Below the pieces are notes generated by a model. That model had not been told where the DNA came from. It saw nothing but the letters and a program-made list of their open reading frames with translations, and searched no databases. Positions 1-9,302 of a stretch of DNA of 64,000 nucleotides are shown piece after piece. This DNA comes from a virus. The stretch lies in IMG/VR virus record IMGVR_UViG_3300043425_000861. One strand, given 5' to 3'. The position numbers and the translations under genes were made by a program. How positions within the stretch are numbered: the stretch's first letter is position 1; the number at the start of each line of letters is the position of its first letter.

Positions 1-38
1 TTGGATGGTGCAACTTAAGGTGAGTTAGAATCAAAATT

Positions 39-112
39 GGAGCGGTAGTTCAGTTGGTTAGAATGCCTGCCTGTCACGCAGGAGGTCGCGGGTTCGAGTC
101 CCGTCCGTTCCG
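39..112 (+). tRNA. tRNA-Asp(GTC)
   Basis: Acceptor GGAGCGG/CCGTTCC, anticodon loop CTGTCAC, GGTTCGAGTCC T arm. Confidence 0.95.
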
Positions 113-119
113 CAAATTT

Positions 120-205
120 GGAGAGATGGCAGAGTTGGTCTATCGCGTCGGTCTTGAAAACCGAAGTTCTGAAAGGGACCGTGGGTTCGAATCCTACTCT
201 CTCCG
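120..205 (+). tRNA. tRNA-Ser(TGA)
   Basis: GGAGAGA/TCTCTCC stem, loop CTTGAAA, long variable arm. Confidence 0.95.
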
Positions 206-210
206 CACTT

Positions 211-282
211 GCTCGGTTCGACTAGTGGTTAGGTCGCATCCCTTTCACGGATGTAGCACGGGTTCGAATCCCGTACCGAGTA
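211..282 (+). tRNA. tRNA-Glu(TTC)
   Basis: GCTCGGT/ACCGAGT stem, loop CTTTCAC. Confidence 0.93.
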
Positions 283-565
283 CAAAATAATTTTTAACTA
301 TTTACACTTTTTTATAATTTGTGTATACTTATTAAAACGATGAAGAATATAAATAACATATTGACGAGTACAAGACCACTTACAAATGGTAATGGGTATG
401 GTGTGCAACCGTTATGTTACTTATGTTCGGATATCAATAAAGGATAATAGAAAATTATTAAAACTTATATCGAGACCCGAACACAAAAAATGTTCGGGTT
501 TTTTGTTTTGTAATTTTTTATCTCTATATTTGAAATAGGTTCTTTGACATATTGGAATAACGAAT

Positions 566-649
566 GCCGGAGTGTTGGAATGGTAGACAAGACAGACTTA
601 AAATCTGTTGAGCTGAAAGCTCGTGTGGGTTCGAGTCCCATCTCCGGTA
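566..649 (+). tRNA. tRNA-Leu(TAA)
   Basis: GCCGGAG/CTCCGGT stem, loop CTTAAAA, variable arm. Confidence 0.93.
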
Positions 650-689
650 CAAACACTATCGTTCTTTGAAGATAAAGGAGAAACATAAT

Positions 690-938
690 ATGGATATATT
701 ATCATTTATTTTAGGAATGTCTATAGTTGTGGTTATTGCGGTTGCAGTAGTTGCGGTTATAGCCTTTGTTAAGGTGAACAGACTAAACAAAGAGATTGAA
801 TCGATTCACACAATTTATTCGGGTGAATTTGAAAGGGTTAATAGAGATAGAACAGATTCGGAAAGACAGATTTATTCTGTGTTAGATTCTCGACTTGATA
901 AACTTGAAAGTAAAATAACAAATAGCCGTAAGGCATAA
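690..938 (+). CDS. small membrane-anchored coiled-coil protein
   Basis: N-terminal hydrophobic helix (ILGMSIVVVIAVAVVAVIAFV) then a charged helix; start placed at MDILSF. Confidence 0.7.
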   Translation: MDILSFILGMSIVVVIAVAVVAVIAFVKVNRLNKEIESIHTIYSGEFERVNRDRTDSERQIYSVLDSRLDKLESKITNSRKA

Positions 939-976
939 AAATTAAATAAAACTTTCAAAGACGATAGTGTTAATTT

Positions 977-1048
977 GGGCCCATAGTTAAAGGGATATAA
1001 CTTCTCACTTCTAATGAGATGTTCGTGGTTCGAGTCCACGTGGGCCTA
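977..1048 (+). tRNA. tRNA-Arg(TCT)
   Basis: GGGCCCA/TGGGCCT stem, loop CTTCTAA. Confidence 0.92.
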
Positions 1049-1050
1049 CA

Positions 1051-1188
1051 AAGATAATGGTCTGATGTTATAATTGTTGTCGACTAACATTATAACTACT
1101 TAAACAGACAGCACCCTCTGCCGATGCATCGTAAAACTATTACTAAGCAGTTAAGATTGGAACGAAACGGGTATTCCAACATTATCTT
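1051..1188 (+). ncRNA. candidate structured ncRNA inside the tRNA array
   Basis: Closing stem AAGATAATG/CATTATCTT; internal pairings GTCTG/CAGAC, GTTATAAT/ATTATAAC, CTGC/GCAG, TTGGAA/TTCCAA; no ORF. Confidence 0.5.
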
Positions 1189-1193
1189 TATTT

Positions 1194-1267
1194 TGGGAAT
1201 TAGCGTAGTCCGGTATCGCGCTTGGTTTGGGACCAAGAGGTCGTCAGTTCGAATCTGGCATTCCCAA
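1194..1267 (+). tRNA. tRNA-Pro(TGG)
   Basis: TGGGAAT/ATTCCCA stem, loop TTTGGGA. Confidence 0.92.
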
Positions 1268-1274
1268 CAAAAAT

Positions 1275-1346
1275 GCTGATGTAGCTCAACGGCAGAGCAA
1301 TTGACTGTTAATCAATAGGTTGAGATATCGTAATTCTCCATCAGCG
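1275..1346 (+). tRNA. tRNA-Asn(GTT), atypical T-loop
   Basis: GCTGATG/CATCAGC stem, loop CTGTTAA; T-loop reads ATCGTAA instead of TTCRAnn. Confidence 0.85.
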
Positions 1347-1351
1347 CAAAT

Positions 1352-1433
1352 GGCCAAGTGGTGGAACGGTATACACGTATGTTTTAGAAACATATGTCAG
1401 AACGGCGTGAGAGTTCGAATCTCTCCTTGGTCA
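1352..1433 (+). tRNA. tRNA-Leu(TAG)
   Basis: GGCCAAG/CTTGGTC stem, loop TTTAGAA, variable arm. Confidence 0.9.
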
Positions 1434-1479
1434 CGGAAAACGGTTTGTATGTATACGTTAGGTTAGGAATGTACAGAAT

Positions 1480-1560
1480 GGGAGTATCGCATAGCGGCAA
1501 TTGCAGAAGACTGTAAATCTTCCCTCATCGAGTTCAGTGGTTCGAGTCCACTTACTCCCA
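1480..1560 (+). tRNA. tRNA-Tyr(GTA)
   Basis: GGGAGTA/TACTCCC stem, loop CTGTAAA, variable arm. Confidence 0.93.
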
Positions 1561-1571
1561 CAAAATAAAAT

Positions 1572-2108
1572 ATGATGAGAACACTAAAAGAACTTATAAA
1601 GGAGATTAAATCTCCCGAATACAAACAAAAACAAATTGAAGAACATCAAAAGTATCTTGATGAGATATCGATGGATTATCAACTAGGTTACTACGTTGGT
1701 GAATATATTGTTAATCGTTATCTCCCAACGTTATCGACAGATATGATTCAATCAAGAAATGTTATTGAAGTATCTGAAGAGGATTCTATTGAAAATAATA
1801 GGTTAGATAGAGAATGGTATTTAACAACGAAGTATCAGAATGATTGGAATGGAGAAGAAGATGGTAATAAAGAAAAGTGGGATTTATACCACCAGCATAA
1901 TAAAATGTTGGAACAAAAATACCTCCCTCAAAAATTAGAATGTCATTTAGGTTTAATTAAGTTTAATGACGAAAAAGAATTTAAAGAAGGGTTACGTTCA
2001 TCGTTATGGGATTGTGATATGTGTTCTTATAACATTGATGTTGAAAATATAAAAATTGTAAATGATATGGAAATTGGTTTCACCATCATAACATTTCAAT
2101 TAGTTTAA
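1572..2108 (+). CDS. hypothetical protein
   Basis: 178-aa ORF filling a gap between tRNAs. Confidence 0.75.
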   Translation: MMRTLKELIKEIKSPEYKQKQIEEHQKYLDEISMDYQLGYYVGEYIVNRYLPTLSTDMIQSRNVIEVSEEDSIENNRLDREWYLTTKYQNDWNGEEDGNKEKWDLYHQHNKMLEQKYLPQKLECHLGLIKFNDEKEFKEGLRSSLWDCDMCSYNIDVENIKIVNDMEIGFTIITFQLV

Positions 2109-2115
2109 AAAGTTT

Positions 2116-2189
2116 GGACTTGTAGCTCAGTTGGTTAGAGCACTTCACTCATAATGAATAGGTCCCTGGTTCGAGACCAGGCTGGTCCA
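2116..2189 (+). tRNA. tRNA-CAT (Ile2/lysidine type or elongator Met)
   Basis: GGACTTG/CTGGTCC stem, loop CTCATAA; lacks initiator features. Confidence 0.88.
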
Positions 2190-2242
2190 CAACAGGTCGT
2201 TCCTCCCCAATAAAACGTTGGTTGCAACATAATAGCAAAAAC

Positions 2243-2316
2243 AGAAGATTAGCTCAGTTGGTTAGAGCATTTGGTTTACATCCAAAGGGTCATAGGTTCG
2301 AATCCTATATCTTCTA
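2243..2316 (+). tRNA. tRNA-Val(TAC)
   Basis: AGAAGAT/ATCTTCT stem, loop TTTACAT. Confidence 0.92.
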
Positions 2317-2321
2317 CAATA

Positions 2322-2393
2322 GCTCGGTTAGTTCAACCGGTAGAATAAATGATTTGTAATCATTAGACAACAGTTCGAATCTGTTACTGAGCT
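2322..2393 (+). tRNA. tRNA-Thr(TGT)
   Basis: GCTCGGT/ACTGAGC stem, loop TTTGTAA. Confidence 0.9.
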
Positions 2394-2400
2394 CAAACAA

Positions 2401-2473
2401 GCGGATATAGCTCAATTGGTAGAGTGCGTTCCTTCCAAGTACGAAGTTGCAGGTTCGAGCCCTGTTATCCGCT
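2401..2473 (+). tRNA. tRNA-Gly(TCC)
   Basis: GCGGATA/TATCCGC stem, loop CTTCCAA. Confidence 0.93.
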
Positions 2474-2478
2474 CACAT

Positions 2479-2549
2479 TGTCCTTTAGTATAACGGCAGT
2501 ACAGGTGGTTTTGGTCCATCTAGTTGGGGTTCGAATCCCTGAGGGACAA
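2479..2549 (+). tRNA. tRNA-Gln(TTG)
   Basis: TGTCCTT/AGGGACA stem, loop TTTTGGT. Confidence 0.92.
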
Positions 2550-2556
2550 CAAAACA

Positions 2557-2642
2557 GGAGAGTTACCCAAGTTGGTGAAGGGGGCAGTTTGCTAAACTGT
2601 TAGGTCGTTCGCGGCGCAAGGGTTCGAGTCCCTTACTCTCCG
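2557..2642 (+). tRNA. tRNA-Ser(GCT)
   Basis: GGAGAGT/ACTCTCC stem, loop TTGCTAA, variable arm. Confidence 0.93.
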
Positions 2643-2683
2643 CTCAATGTATAAACCAATAATTATAATAAAATGAAAATGTA

Positions 2684-3145
2684 ATGAAAAAATTCAAAAC
2701 TCTCCACGGAACTCCAATTCCAGATGTTGTAGAATACATCAGAGAGTACATCTCAACGAGAGAGAATGTAGAAATTCTCATAGGTTCCGACTCACAAAGT
2801 TATTCCAATAGAAAAACAATTTATGGTGTGGTTGTGGCATTATATACAAAAGGAAAGGGCGCTCACGTTTTATGTACACGTGAAACATTACCTATGGAAT
2901 ATAACACAGCATCAAGATTGTTGGGTGAAGTGTGGAAATCGTTAGAGGTGGCAGAATTTTTGAAAGATAATGGTTTACCAAAACCTACTTGGATTGATAT
3001 TGATTTAAATCCTGACCCAAAATATAAATCAAATGCAACGCTTAGACAAGCTGTTGGTTTGGTTGAAGGTATGGGTTATAAAGTTAGATATAAACACGTA
3101 GGTGCGATGATGACTTACGCAGCAAATCACTTAGTTAGAATCTGA
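2684..3145 (+). CDS. RNase H-like YkuK (DUF458) family protein
   Basis: IGSDSQ, RLLGEVWKS, WIDIDLN and AANHL motifs typical of the family. Confidence 0.8.
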   Translation: MKKFKTLHGTPIPDVVEYIREYISTRENVEILIGSDSQSYSNRKTIYGVVVALYTKGKGAHVLCTRETLPMEYNTASRLLGEVWKSLEVAEFLKDNGLPKPTWIDIDLNPDPKYKSNATLRQAVGLVEGMGYKVRYKHVGAMMTYAANHLVRI

Positions 3146-3577
3146 CGATTCCTTAGGTCCGTATAAAATAAAATAACTTCCGGTTGGTACTTCAACAAGA
3201 GGACCAACCGGTAATTCAATTGTTGATAGAATTCTTCTGTATTTTGCGGTTTTGTTTCTATTCATAGAACCAACTCTTAAATCACCATATTCAATTGACC
3301 ATTGTCTTAGTTTATTGGACAATCTTTTCCAATTACGAGCAATGTCAATCATTTGGTGTCCGATGGCCCTATCTCTTTGAGCGTGTGGAGTCGTGAAATC
3401 TTCTTCGTCAGATGTTAAAGCAACATCATAAAGTGAATCATAGTGAAATGTTTGATTTTTTAGAAGAAACATTTTGTAAGGACCTGCATCTATTCTGTCG
3501 ATATCTTCCATACCCATTGAACGGAGTTTTCTCAACTCATCTTCAATCATTTCAAGAAGTATATCTGTAAAGTTCAT
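3131..3577 (-). CDS. hypothetical protein with MNFTDILLE leader
   Basis: 148-aa ORF; TATTTATA upstream on the coding strand. Confidence 0.75.
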   Translation of the reverse strand: MNFTDILLEMIEDELRKLRSMGMEDIDRIDAGPYKMFLLKNQTFHYDSLYDVALTSDEEDFTTPHAQRDRAIGHQMIDIARNWKRLSNKLRQWSIEYGDLRVGSMNRNKTAKYRRILSTIELPVGPLVEVPTGSYFILYGPKESSDSN

Positions 3578-3633
3578 TAAAGTATTTTTTTATAAATATT
3601 TGAAAATACCAATTTATTGTTTTATATTATACT

Positions 3634-3990
3634 ATGTTAAAACAACAGATATTATATCTTACATATTCAATACTTTTGTTCCTATTAGGTTCATTTGGTC
3701 ATTGGTATATAATGTATTGGCAATTTAGGTTACCTAATTGGGTTAAAACTCCTTGGCCATATCTAATATCAATTGTTTGTACCTTCATTTGGATAACAGC
3801 ATCTCATTATGGTGTGAAAGCATTTAATGGTGAAATGTGGAGTAATAGATTTTTGTTTTTTGTTACAGGTATCTTTGTGGCTGCGGTGTTATATCCATAT
3901 CACTTCGGTCAACCATTTACAATGAAAACTATGGTTCAGTTATTATTAGCAACTACCATTGTTTTAATATCACTTTTTTGGAAAAATTAA
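3634..3990 (+). CDS. small 4-TM membrane protein
   Basis: Four hydrophobic segments in 118 aa. Confidence 0.75.
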   Translation: MLKQQILYLTYSILLFLLGSFGHWYIMYWQFRLPNWVKTPWPYLISIVCTFIWITASHYGVKAFNGEMWSNRFLFFVTGIFVAAVLYPYHFGQPFTMKTMVQLLLATTIVLISLFWKN

Positions 3991-4001
3991 ATTTAGATAA
4001 T

Positions 4002-4235
4002 ATGAAATGCATTCAAGCAATTAAAGAAACAAAATCCTATAAGTTAGGTGAAATTCGTAGAACTGATGATATCGATGCAGACCAAAAGGTTGCAAGTGGT
4101 GTATGGAAGTTTATTCCTAAGTCAGAATGGAAGGGTGTTAAAAAAACACAATCGGTTGGTGTTCAACACGATATGGGAGGTTCTTACGAAGTTAAGACTG
4201 AAAATAAAAAAAATTCAAAAAAAGTTTCAAAATAA
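4002..4235 (+). CDS. hypothetical basic protein
   Basis: ORF from MKCIQAIK with a G-W-F-PKSEWK motif. Confidence 0.65.
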   Translation: MKCIQAIKETKSYKLGEIRRTDDIDADQKVASGVWKFIPKSEWKGVKKTQSVGVQHDMGGSYEVKTENKKNSKKVSK

Positions 4236-4236
4236 T

Positions 4237-4295
4237 TTGACTTTTAAAAAAAGTCATTGTATATTTGTAAAAGAAACAAGAAATAGTTCTTTGAT
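4237..4295 (+). promoter_or_regulatory. Bacteroidota-type promoter plus boxA-like antiterminator
   Basis: TTTG...TATATTTG (4237-4267), then GTTCTTTGA; a similar TATATTTG + GTTCTTTGACATATT precedes tRNA-Leu near 525-553. Confidence 0.6.
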
Positions 4296-4299
4296 TTAA

Positions 4300-5107
4300 A
4301 AATATTGGCCGCCTATGGTCGATTAAAATAAACCACGAAAGTGGGATAAAGTGACAAACCTTTGGTTGAGGTAAGTTGCGGTTTCAGTAATGGAACTCGA
4401 GTAGGCAAGTGGAATATCATCGAACCTTAAGTACTGAGGGTGACACTTTAGGGAAAGTGGTTTGATGACCAAGCAATCCGAGTTGTTTGGTTGAGGTGGG
4501 AACACCAACAAGAATAATCCATAGAGTTATTGTAAGAAATATAGTCATCCAACTATACAATTACGTGATTCAATATGATGGGAATCTTAAAACCGAAAGG
4601 TATGGTGAAGTACGAGTGGTGTCGTTATCATCCTTTATCGGACTCTACCAAGAGTTTGATTTTGAAGGGGTCCAAAAATATGGTGGCAGGGATGTTACAG
4701 AGAGTAGTTTAGTATCGAGTCGCTCAAAAGGTGGCTTGGCTAGGTGACGAACCACTACTTTCCAAATTCGGATAACTAAATTTTGTTAATTTTGGTTTAA
4801 CAACTTAAAATCATACAAGAAGAAGTGTTCGTCAGTCGTTGTAGACAGGTGGCTACATAGTCGTGAGGGGTTCACGGCCACAAAGGGTCTCAAGCCCGAT
4901 GTGATTTTTAAGAAAGTTCTCTAAACCCGCAAGGTTGAATCAGGGAGGCATCTTTGATGAGTAATGAGTATTAAAAGAGTATATAACGACTCAAGGATTG
5001 GTTAATCTAATTGACCGCCGCTGATTGGTACTACTCAAAAGGTAGTGGATACGGGAAGAATCAAATAATGTCCCCAAGTCAATCTCAAAATGGTGTAATC
5101 TCAGCCC
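4300..5107 (+). ncRNA. large (~800 nt) structured ncRNA, GOLLD-like
   Basis: GC-richer than its flanks, no credible ORF, many short hairpins (CCAC-GAAA-GTGG, ACC-GAAA-GGT, CC-GCAA-GG, CTAC-TCAAAAG-GTAG), own promoter and boxA, ends in a T-run, lies beside tRNAs. The family name rests on size and context only. Confidence 0.7.
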
Positions 5108-5248
5108 TTTTTTATTTTCTTTGTTTATTAAAACAAAGTGGTGGAATTACCTTATTTTTTCTATGAAAACCGAAGGCCCCGAAAACTAAGTCAGATTTTT
5201 TCTGACTTTTTTTTTGCTTTATCAATAATTTTATTTATATTATCTATT

Positions 5249-6004
5249 ATGAGAATAGTTTGTATATCCGATACACATAGTCTTCATAAAAAAATGGAGG
5301 ATTATGGAACATTACCAAAAGGTGATGTACTAATTCACGCGGGTGATTGTACGAATGTTGGTAAACCTCACGAAGTAAAAGAGTTCGTTGAATGGTTTAT
5401 GGGTATTGAAGGATTTGATACTAAAATTTTCATTGCAGGTAATCACGATTTTGCGTTTGAACAACATAGATATCCTCATCATAAAGGTGAATATGATTGG
5501 TATTTCAATTTAATAAATGAAGAGAATTTATCACAATCTAATGTTACCTATTTGGAGGATAGTCAGTTGATTATTGAATCACCGGAATTCTCAAGACCAA
5601 TTAAATTTTGGGGTAGTCCTTGGCAACCTGAATTTTACAATTGGGCGTTCAACTTACCAAGACTTGGTGATGAATTAAAAAAATATTGGTCAATGATACC
5701 TGACGATACCGATGTATTAATAACACACGGACCACCTAATGAAGCTAGAGATTTTGTTAGTAATTGGAGACAAGGTGATGTTAACGTTGGTTGTGAATTG
5801 TTAAGATATAGAGTCGATGAAATAAATCCTTTAGTTCACGTGTTTGGTCATATCCACGGAGCTTATGGTGCTGCACATATTAAAGATACTTTGTTTGTGA
5901 ATGCATCAATTTGTAATGATAGATATGCACCATCAAATAAACCACTCGTAGTAGAATTGACAGAATACGATGGAGAAATAGTAGCAAATTATGTCGAAGA
6001 GTAA
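5249..6004 (+). CDS. calcineurin-like metallophosphoesterase (MPPED/239FB-like)
   Basis: SDTH, HAGD, AGNHD, THGPP and FGHIH motifs. Confidence 0.92.
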   Translation: MRIVCISDTHSLHKKMEDYGTLPKGDVLIHAGDCTNVGKPHEVKEFVEWFMGIEGFDTKIFIAGNHDFAFEQHRYPHHKGEYDWYFNLINEENLSQSNVTYLEDSQLIIESPEFSRPIKFWGSPWQPEFYNWAFNLPRLGDELKKYWSMIPDDTDVLITHGPPNEARDFVSNWRQGDVNVGCELLRYRVDEINPLVHVFGHIHGAYGAAHIKDTLFVNASICNDRYAPSNKPLVVELTEYDGEIVANYVEE

Positions 6005-7538
6005 CCAACCTGTAAGTGTTGTTATATCAACACGAAAAATCGATGATGAGTATTTGAAACACGTTGAGAAAATGTTTTCTCACCCAAAAACACAAATACT
6101 TGTTTATGAAAATGATGGAGTTTCATCATTAGCTGAAATTTATAACGATGGATTGAAAGATTCAATCTACGACGTTGTAGTTTTTATGCACGATGATTTA
6201 ATAATTGAAACCAAATGTATTGGTGAAAAAATTATTAAATTATTTGATAAAAATCCTGAGTTTGGTATTATTGGAATTGCAGGTACCACTGATTTGGTGA
6301 CAGGTAGATGGTGGGAAATTAAGAAATCAATGGTAGGTGAAGTTTATCACGAAAATGGTGGTAAAAGATGGTTATCAAAGTATTCGAAAGAATCATATTC
6401 TGATATATTAAAAGATGTTGTCTGTGTTGATGGTTTATTCTTTATGGTTCATAAAAATAGAATTAAAGATACATTCGACCAAGATTTTAAAGGATTCCAT
6501 TTTTATGAAATTCCATTCTGTTTATCAAATTACACAAAAGGTGTAAAAATTGGTGTTACAACTAAATTTAACATTGTACATAAATCTGTTGGTCAGACAA
6601 ATGAACAATGGGAAGAAAATAAAAAACAATTTGAAGAGAAGTTCAAAGACGTATTACCAATACGTTTAACAAACAATAAAACGTTTGATGAAAAATTAAA
6701 CTACGATAAAGATAAAATCGGTGTCGGTATTGTGACATACGATGCTCAACATAGAATCGTACAATCTGCACCTACAGTACCTTCTTGGGTAAAACATTTT
6801 GTTATTGTTAACGATGGTACACCGTATGATGAAAATTTATATCCAAAAAATGCACATATTATTCAACACGAAACTAATATGTCTGTTGGATATGCAAAAA
6901 ATTCAGCAATTCAATATCTAATGGACCAAGGATGTGAGCATATTTTCATTATGGAAGATGATATTCTAATTAAAGATGAAAATGTCTTTGACCAATACAT
7001 TAAAACATCAGTTTTAACGGGAATTAAACATTTAAATTATGCATTACAAGGACCCGCAAATAAAAAGGGTTCCAAAGGATTTGATTCATTAGAGGAGAGA
7101 GCGAAATTAAATAACTTAACCGAACCAAACCCAAGACAAATAGTAACATATCCCGATGGTGTGGAGGTTGCATTGTACCCTAATTCTGTTGGTTCGTTCT
7201 CTTATTACAATAGAGAAGTTATTGAAAAAATTGGGTTATTTGATAAGATTTATAAAAATGCTTGGGAACACGTTGACCACACGTTAGAAGCATATAAAAA
7301 TGGATTTACAACACCTTATTGGTGGTTTGCAGATATTAACAAATCTTGGGATTATATTGAGGATATTGAAAATAGTATTGAAAATTCAACAATTGCAAGG
7401 TCAGAAACTTGGAAACAAAATTATAAAAGAGGTTTAGAACATTTCACTAAGAAGCACAAATTTGCACCTACAATGATACCTGATTTAGAACCAACAAAAG
7501 TAAGTCAGGTCTTAAATACCCTTTACCAATTTAGATAA
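5991..7538 (+). CDS. two-domain GT-A (family 2-like) glycosyltransferase
   Basis: N domain YNDG..FMHDD..VDGLF..FHFY; C domain IVNDG..AKN..MEDD..EHVD. Confidence 0.85.
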   Translation: MSKSNQPVSVVISTRKIDDEYLKHVEKMFSHPKTQILVYENDGVSSLAEIYNDGLKDSIYDVVVFMHDDLIIETKCIGEKIIKLFDKNPEFGIIGIAGTTDLVTGRWWEIKKSMVGEVYHENGGKRWLSKYSKESYSDILKDVVCVDGLFFMVHKNRIKDTFDQDFKGFHFYEIPFCLSNYTKGVKIGVTTKFNIVHKSVGQTNEQWEENKKQFEEKFKDVLPIRLTNNKTFDEKLNYDKDKIGVGIVTYDAQHRIVQSAPTVPSWVKHFVIVNDGTPYDENLYPKNAHIIQHETNMSVGYAKNSAIQYLMDQGCEHIFIMEDDILIKDENVFDQYIKTSVLTGIKHLNYALQGPANKKGSKGFDSLEERAKLNNLTEPNPRQIVTYPDGVEVALYPNSVGSFSYYNREVIEKIGLFDKIYKNAWEHVDHTLEAYKNGFTTPYWWFADINKSWDYIEDIENSIENSTIARSETWKQNYKRGLEHFTKKHKFAPTMIPDLEPTKVSQVLNTLYQFR

Positions 7539-7565
7539 TATTTATTTATATAAAAACACACACTT

Positions 7566-7868
7566 ATGATGACAGTTATTTTAGTTTTAGTGGCATTAGC
7601 AGTAGCAGCAGGTGCAACATTCTTCCTTATGAAAACGGGTAAAATCGAAGATAAGGACAATAACAATATCCCTGACGTAATCGAAGACAAAATCGAGGAA
7701 GCTAAGGAAGTTGTTAAAGAAGTAAAAGAAAAAACAAAAAGAGTAGTTGAAGAAACTAAGGACGTTGTTAAAGCTGCTAAAGAGGTTGTTAAACAAACAA
7801 AGGACGTAGTAAACGCAGCAAAAGGTTCAGGTTCTCGTAAAGGTAGAAAACCGGCAGCAAAGAAATAA
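7566..7868 (+). CDS. membrane-anchored Lys/Glu-rich helical protein
   Basis: N-terminal TM, D-x-N-x-N-x-IPD motif, 11-mer-like KEVV repeats; TATTTATA upstream. Confidence 0.75.
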   Translation: MMTVILVLVALAVAAGATFFLMKTGKIEDKDNNNIPDVIEDKIEEAKEVVKEVKEKTKRVVEETKDVVKAAKEVVKQTKDVVNAAKGSGSRKGRKPAAKK

Positions 7869-7952
7869 TTGACCACCAAAATATAGAATTATGGGTTAAA
7901 ATTAGTTTTTTAACCCTTTTTTATCTATATTTGTATTAGTTCTTTTATTTAT

Positions 7953-8343
7953 GGGGGTGTCTGGTATTGATTTCAGGTATCAGGGATAAATGGCACGTAG
8001 TCAGAATTCATCTATGACTTAAATCCACGGTGAAAAATTTTAAGCGGCAACGTTTACAACAATATGGAAGTAGCAGGTTTACTTGCAACTTCTAAAGTAG
8101 CAGCCTAACTAAGTTAGACTCCTATCTCGGGTCGGTCAGGACATATACCTAGGAACAGAAGTCCACTGAAACGGGTCACAGGTCAGAGCTCGTTTAAAAT
8201 AACTCTGAGACCAGGTTGTTTGTTAGTTTCGTTCCCACTTATATGAAACAAACTATTTGTCGGTTGAGAACCAATTGAATAAACGTGTAGTCATTTATTG
8301 TTGAACAGGAAAGACACGGGTTCGACTCCCGTCACCTCCACCA
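7953..8343 (+). ncRNA. ssrA: tmRNA
   Basis: 5' GGGGGTG pairs with 3' CACCTCC-ACCA (G3:U wobble); GGTTCGACTCC T arm; tag frame 8046-8108 GNVYNNMEVAGLLATSKVAA*. Confidence 0.95.
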
Positions 8344-8357
8344 AAAATTAAACCCAT

Positions 8358-9302
8358 CTATATGATGGGTTTTTTTGTTTCAAGTAATTCTATAAATGTA
8401 TTAGCTAATTCTTTATGTCCATTTCTACTATAATGAATATCGGGTATGTTACCGTTAGTTTCCTCATTAATAGTTTCGTAATTATAGTACGGTATAAACA
8501 ATTTAAAACATTCTTTTTTATGATTGATTGAGTTATACTCAATACAATTAAAAGTTTGATAGAATGGTCCTAAAATGTCTAACGGTGCTAATTCAACATT
8601 AATACCAAATACTCTTTTACCACTATTCACTAATGACTTAATCTCATCCATATTAAATGGTTTAGCTAAATCAAGTAACAAATCACAACTCCTTCCAATC
8701 GCATTTTTAACATCAATATCAATATTTTTCCAAGACCTTGCCATCATTACATTTTTATGTCTAAGATTATTTTCTGACCATATATTATCAACAATTGTAC
8801 TTGACGGTAAACACCAACTCCAATGATATACTATGTTATTTTTTAACAATTCATTTATAATTTTAACAAATTGTTCTAATTCTTTCCAATAGATATTGTA
8901 TGAATCTCTATTAATTGCAATTTCTTGTGTGGTTCTCAAATCAACATCGTCATTTTGTTTTGGGTGTGGGGTATTTGGTAAGATGTCAATGTACCTATTT
9001 TGATGATTAGCAATTCTAAATCTATTTATCGCTGTCCAACCGAAAATTACAATATCACCCTGTGATATGTTTTTTTTATTATCAAAAAATGTATCAAATA
9101 TTGTATAATTTGAACATCCACCAATTGCGTGATTGTGTAAATCGTAATCGAAATGATTTGCAATTAATTCTGTGTAATTTTCAGGAACCTCACCAATATA
9201 GTCCATATACTTGTTTCCCCAAGCTGAACCGCCATTTCTATGTGATTTGAATGTTTGAGTAAAAGAATCACCAAACGTATGAAGTTTGACTTTATTTAAC
9301 AT
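8358..9302 (-). CDS. SGNH/GDSL-like hydrolase-fold protein
   Basis: FGDSFT, G-CSN and D-H-S-xx-GH motifs; paralogous to the C-half of 36774-38285. Confidence 0.7.
   Translation of the reverse strand: MLNKVKLHTFGDSFTQTFKSHRNGGSAWGNKYMDYIGEVPENYTELIANHFDYDLHNHAIGGCSNYTIFDTFFDNKKNISQGDIVIFGWTAINRFRIANHQNRYIDILPNTPHPKQNDDVDLRTTQEIAINRDSYNIYWKELEQFVKIINELLKNNIVYHWSWCLPSSTIVDNIWSENNLRHKNVMMARSWKNIDIDVKNAIGRSCDLLLDLAKPFNMDEIKSLVNSGKRVFGINVELAPLDILGPFYQTFNCIEYNSINHKKECFKLFIPYYNYETINEETNGNIPDIHYSRNGHKELANTFIELLETKKPII

Noticed and set aside
340-447. 35-codon ORF before a terminator as an attenuator leader peptide
   Set aside because: No run of regulatory codons or clear antiterminator; evidence is insufficient.
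54-686. ORFs 54-290 (+) and 465-686 (-)
   Set aside because: They overlap clear tRNA genes and are shadow frames.
1060-1170. Hammerhead ribozyme suggested by CTGATG...CGAAAC
   Set aside because: The core reads CUGAUGU rather than CUGAnGA, and the stems do not fit the hammerhead topology.
4323-4747. ORFs 4323-4511 and 4487-4747
   Set aside because: They lie within the hairpin-rich ncRNA candidate and have atypical composition.
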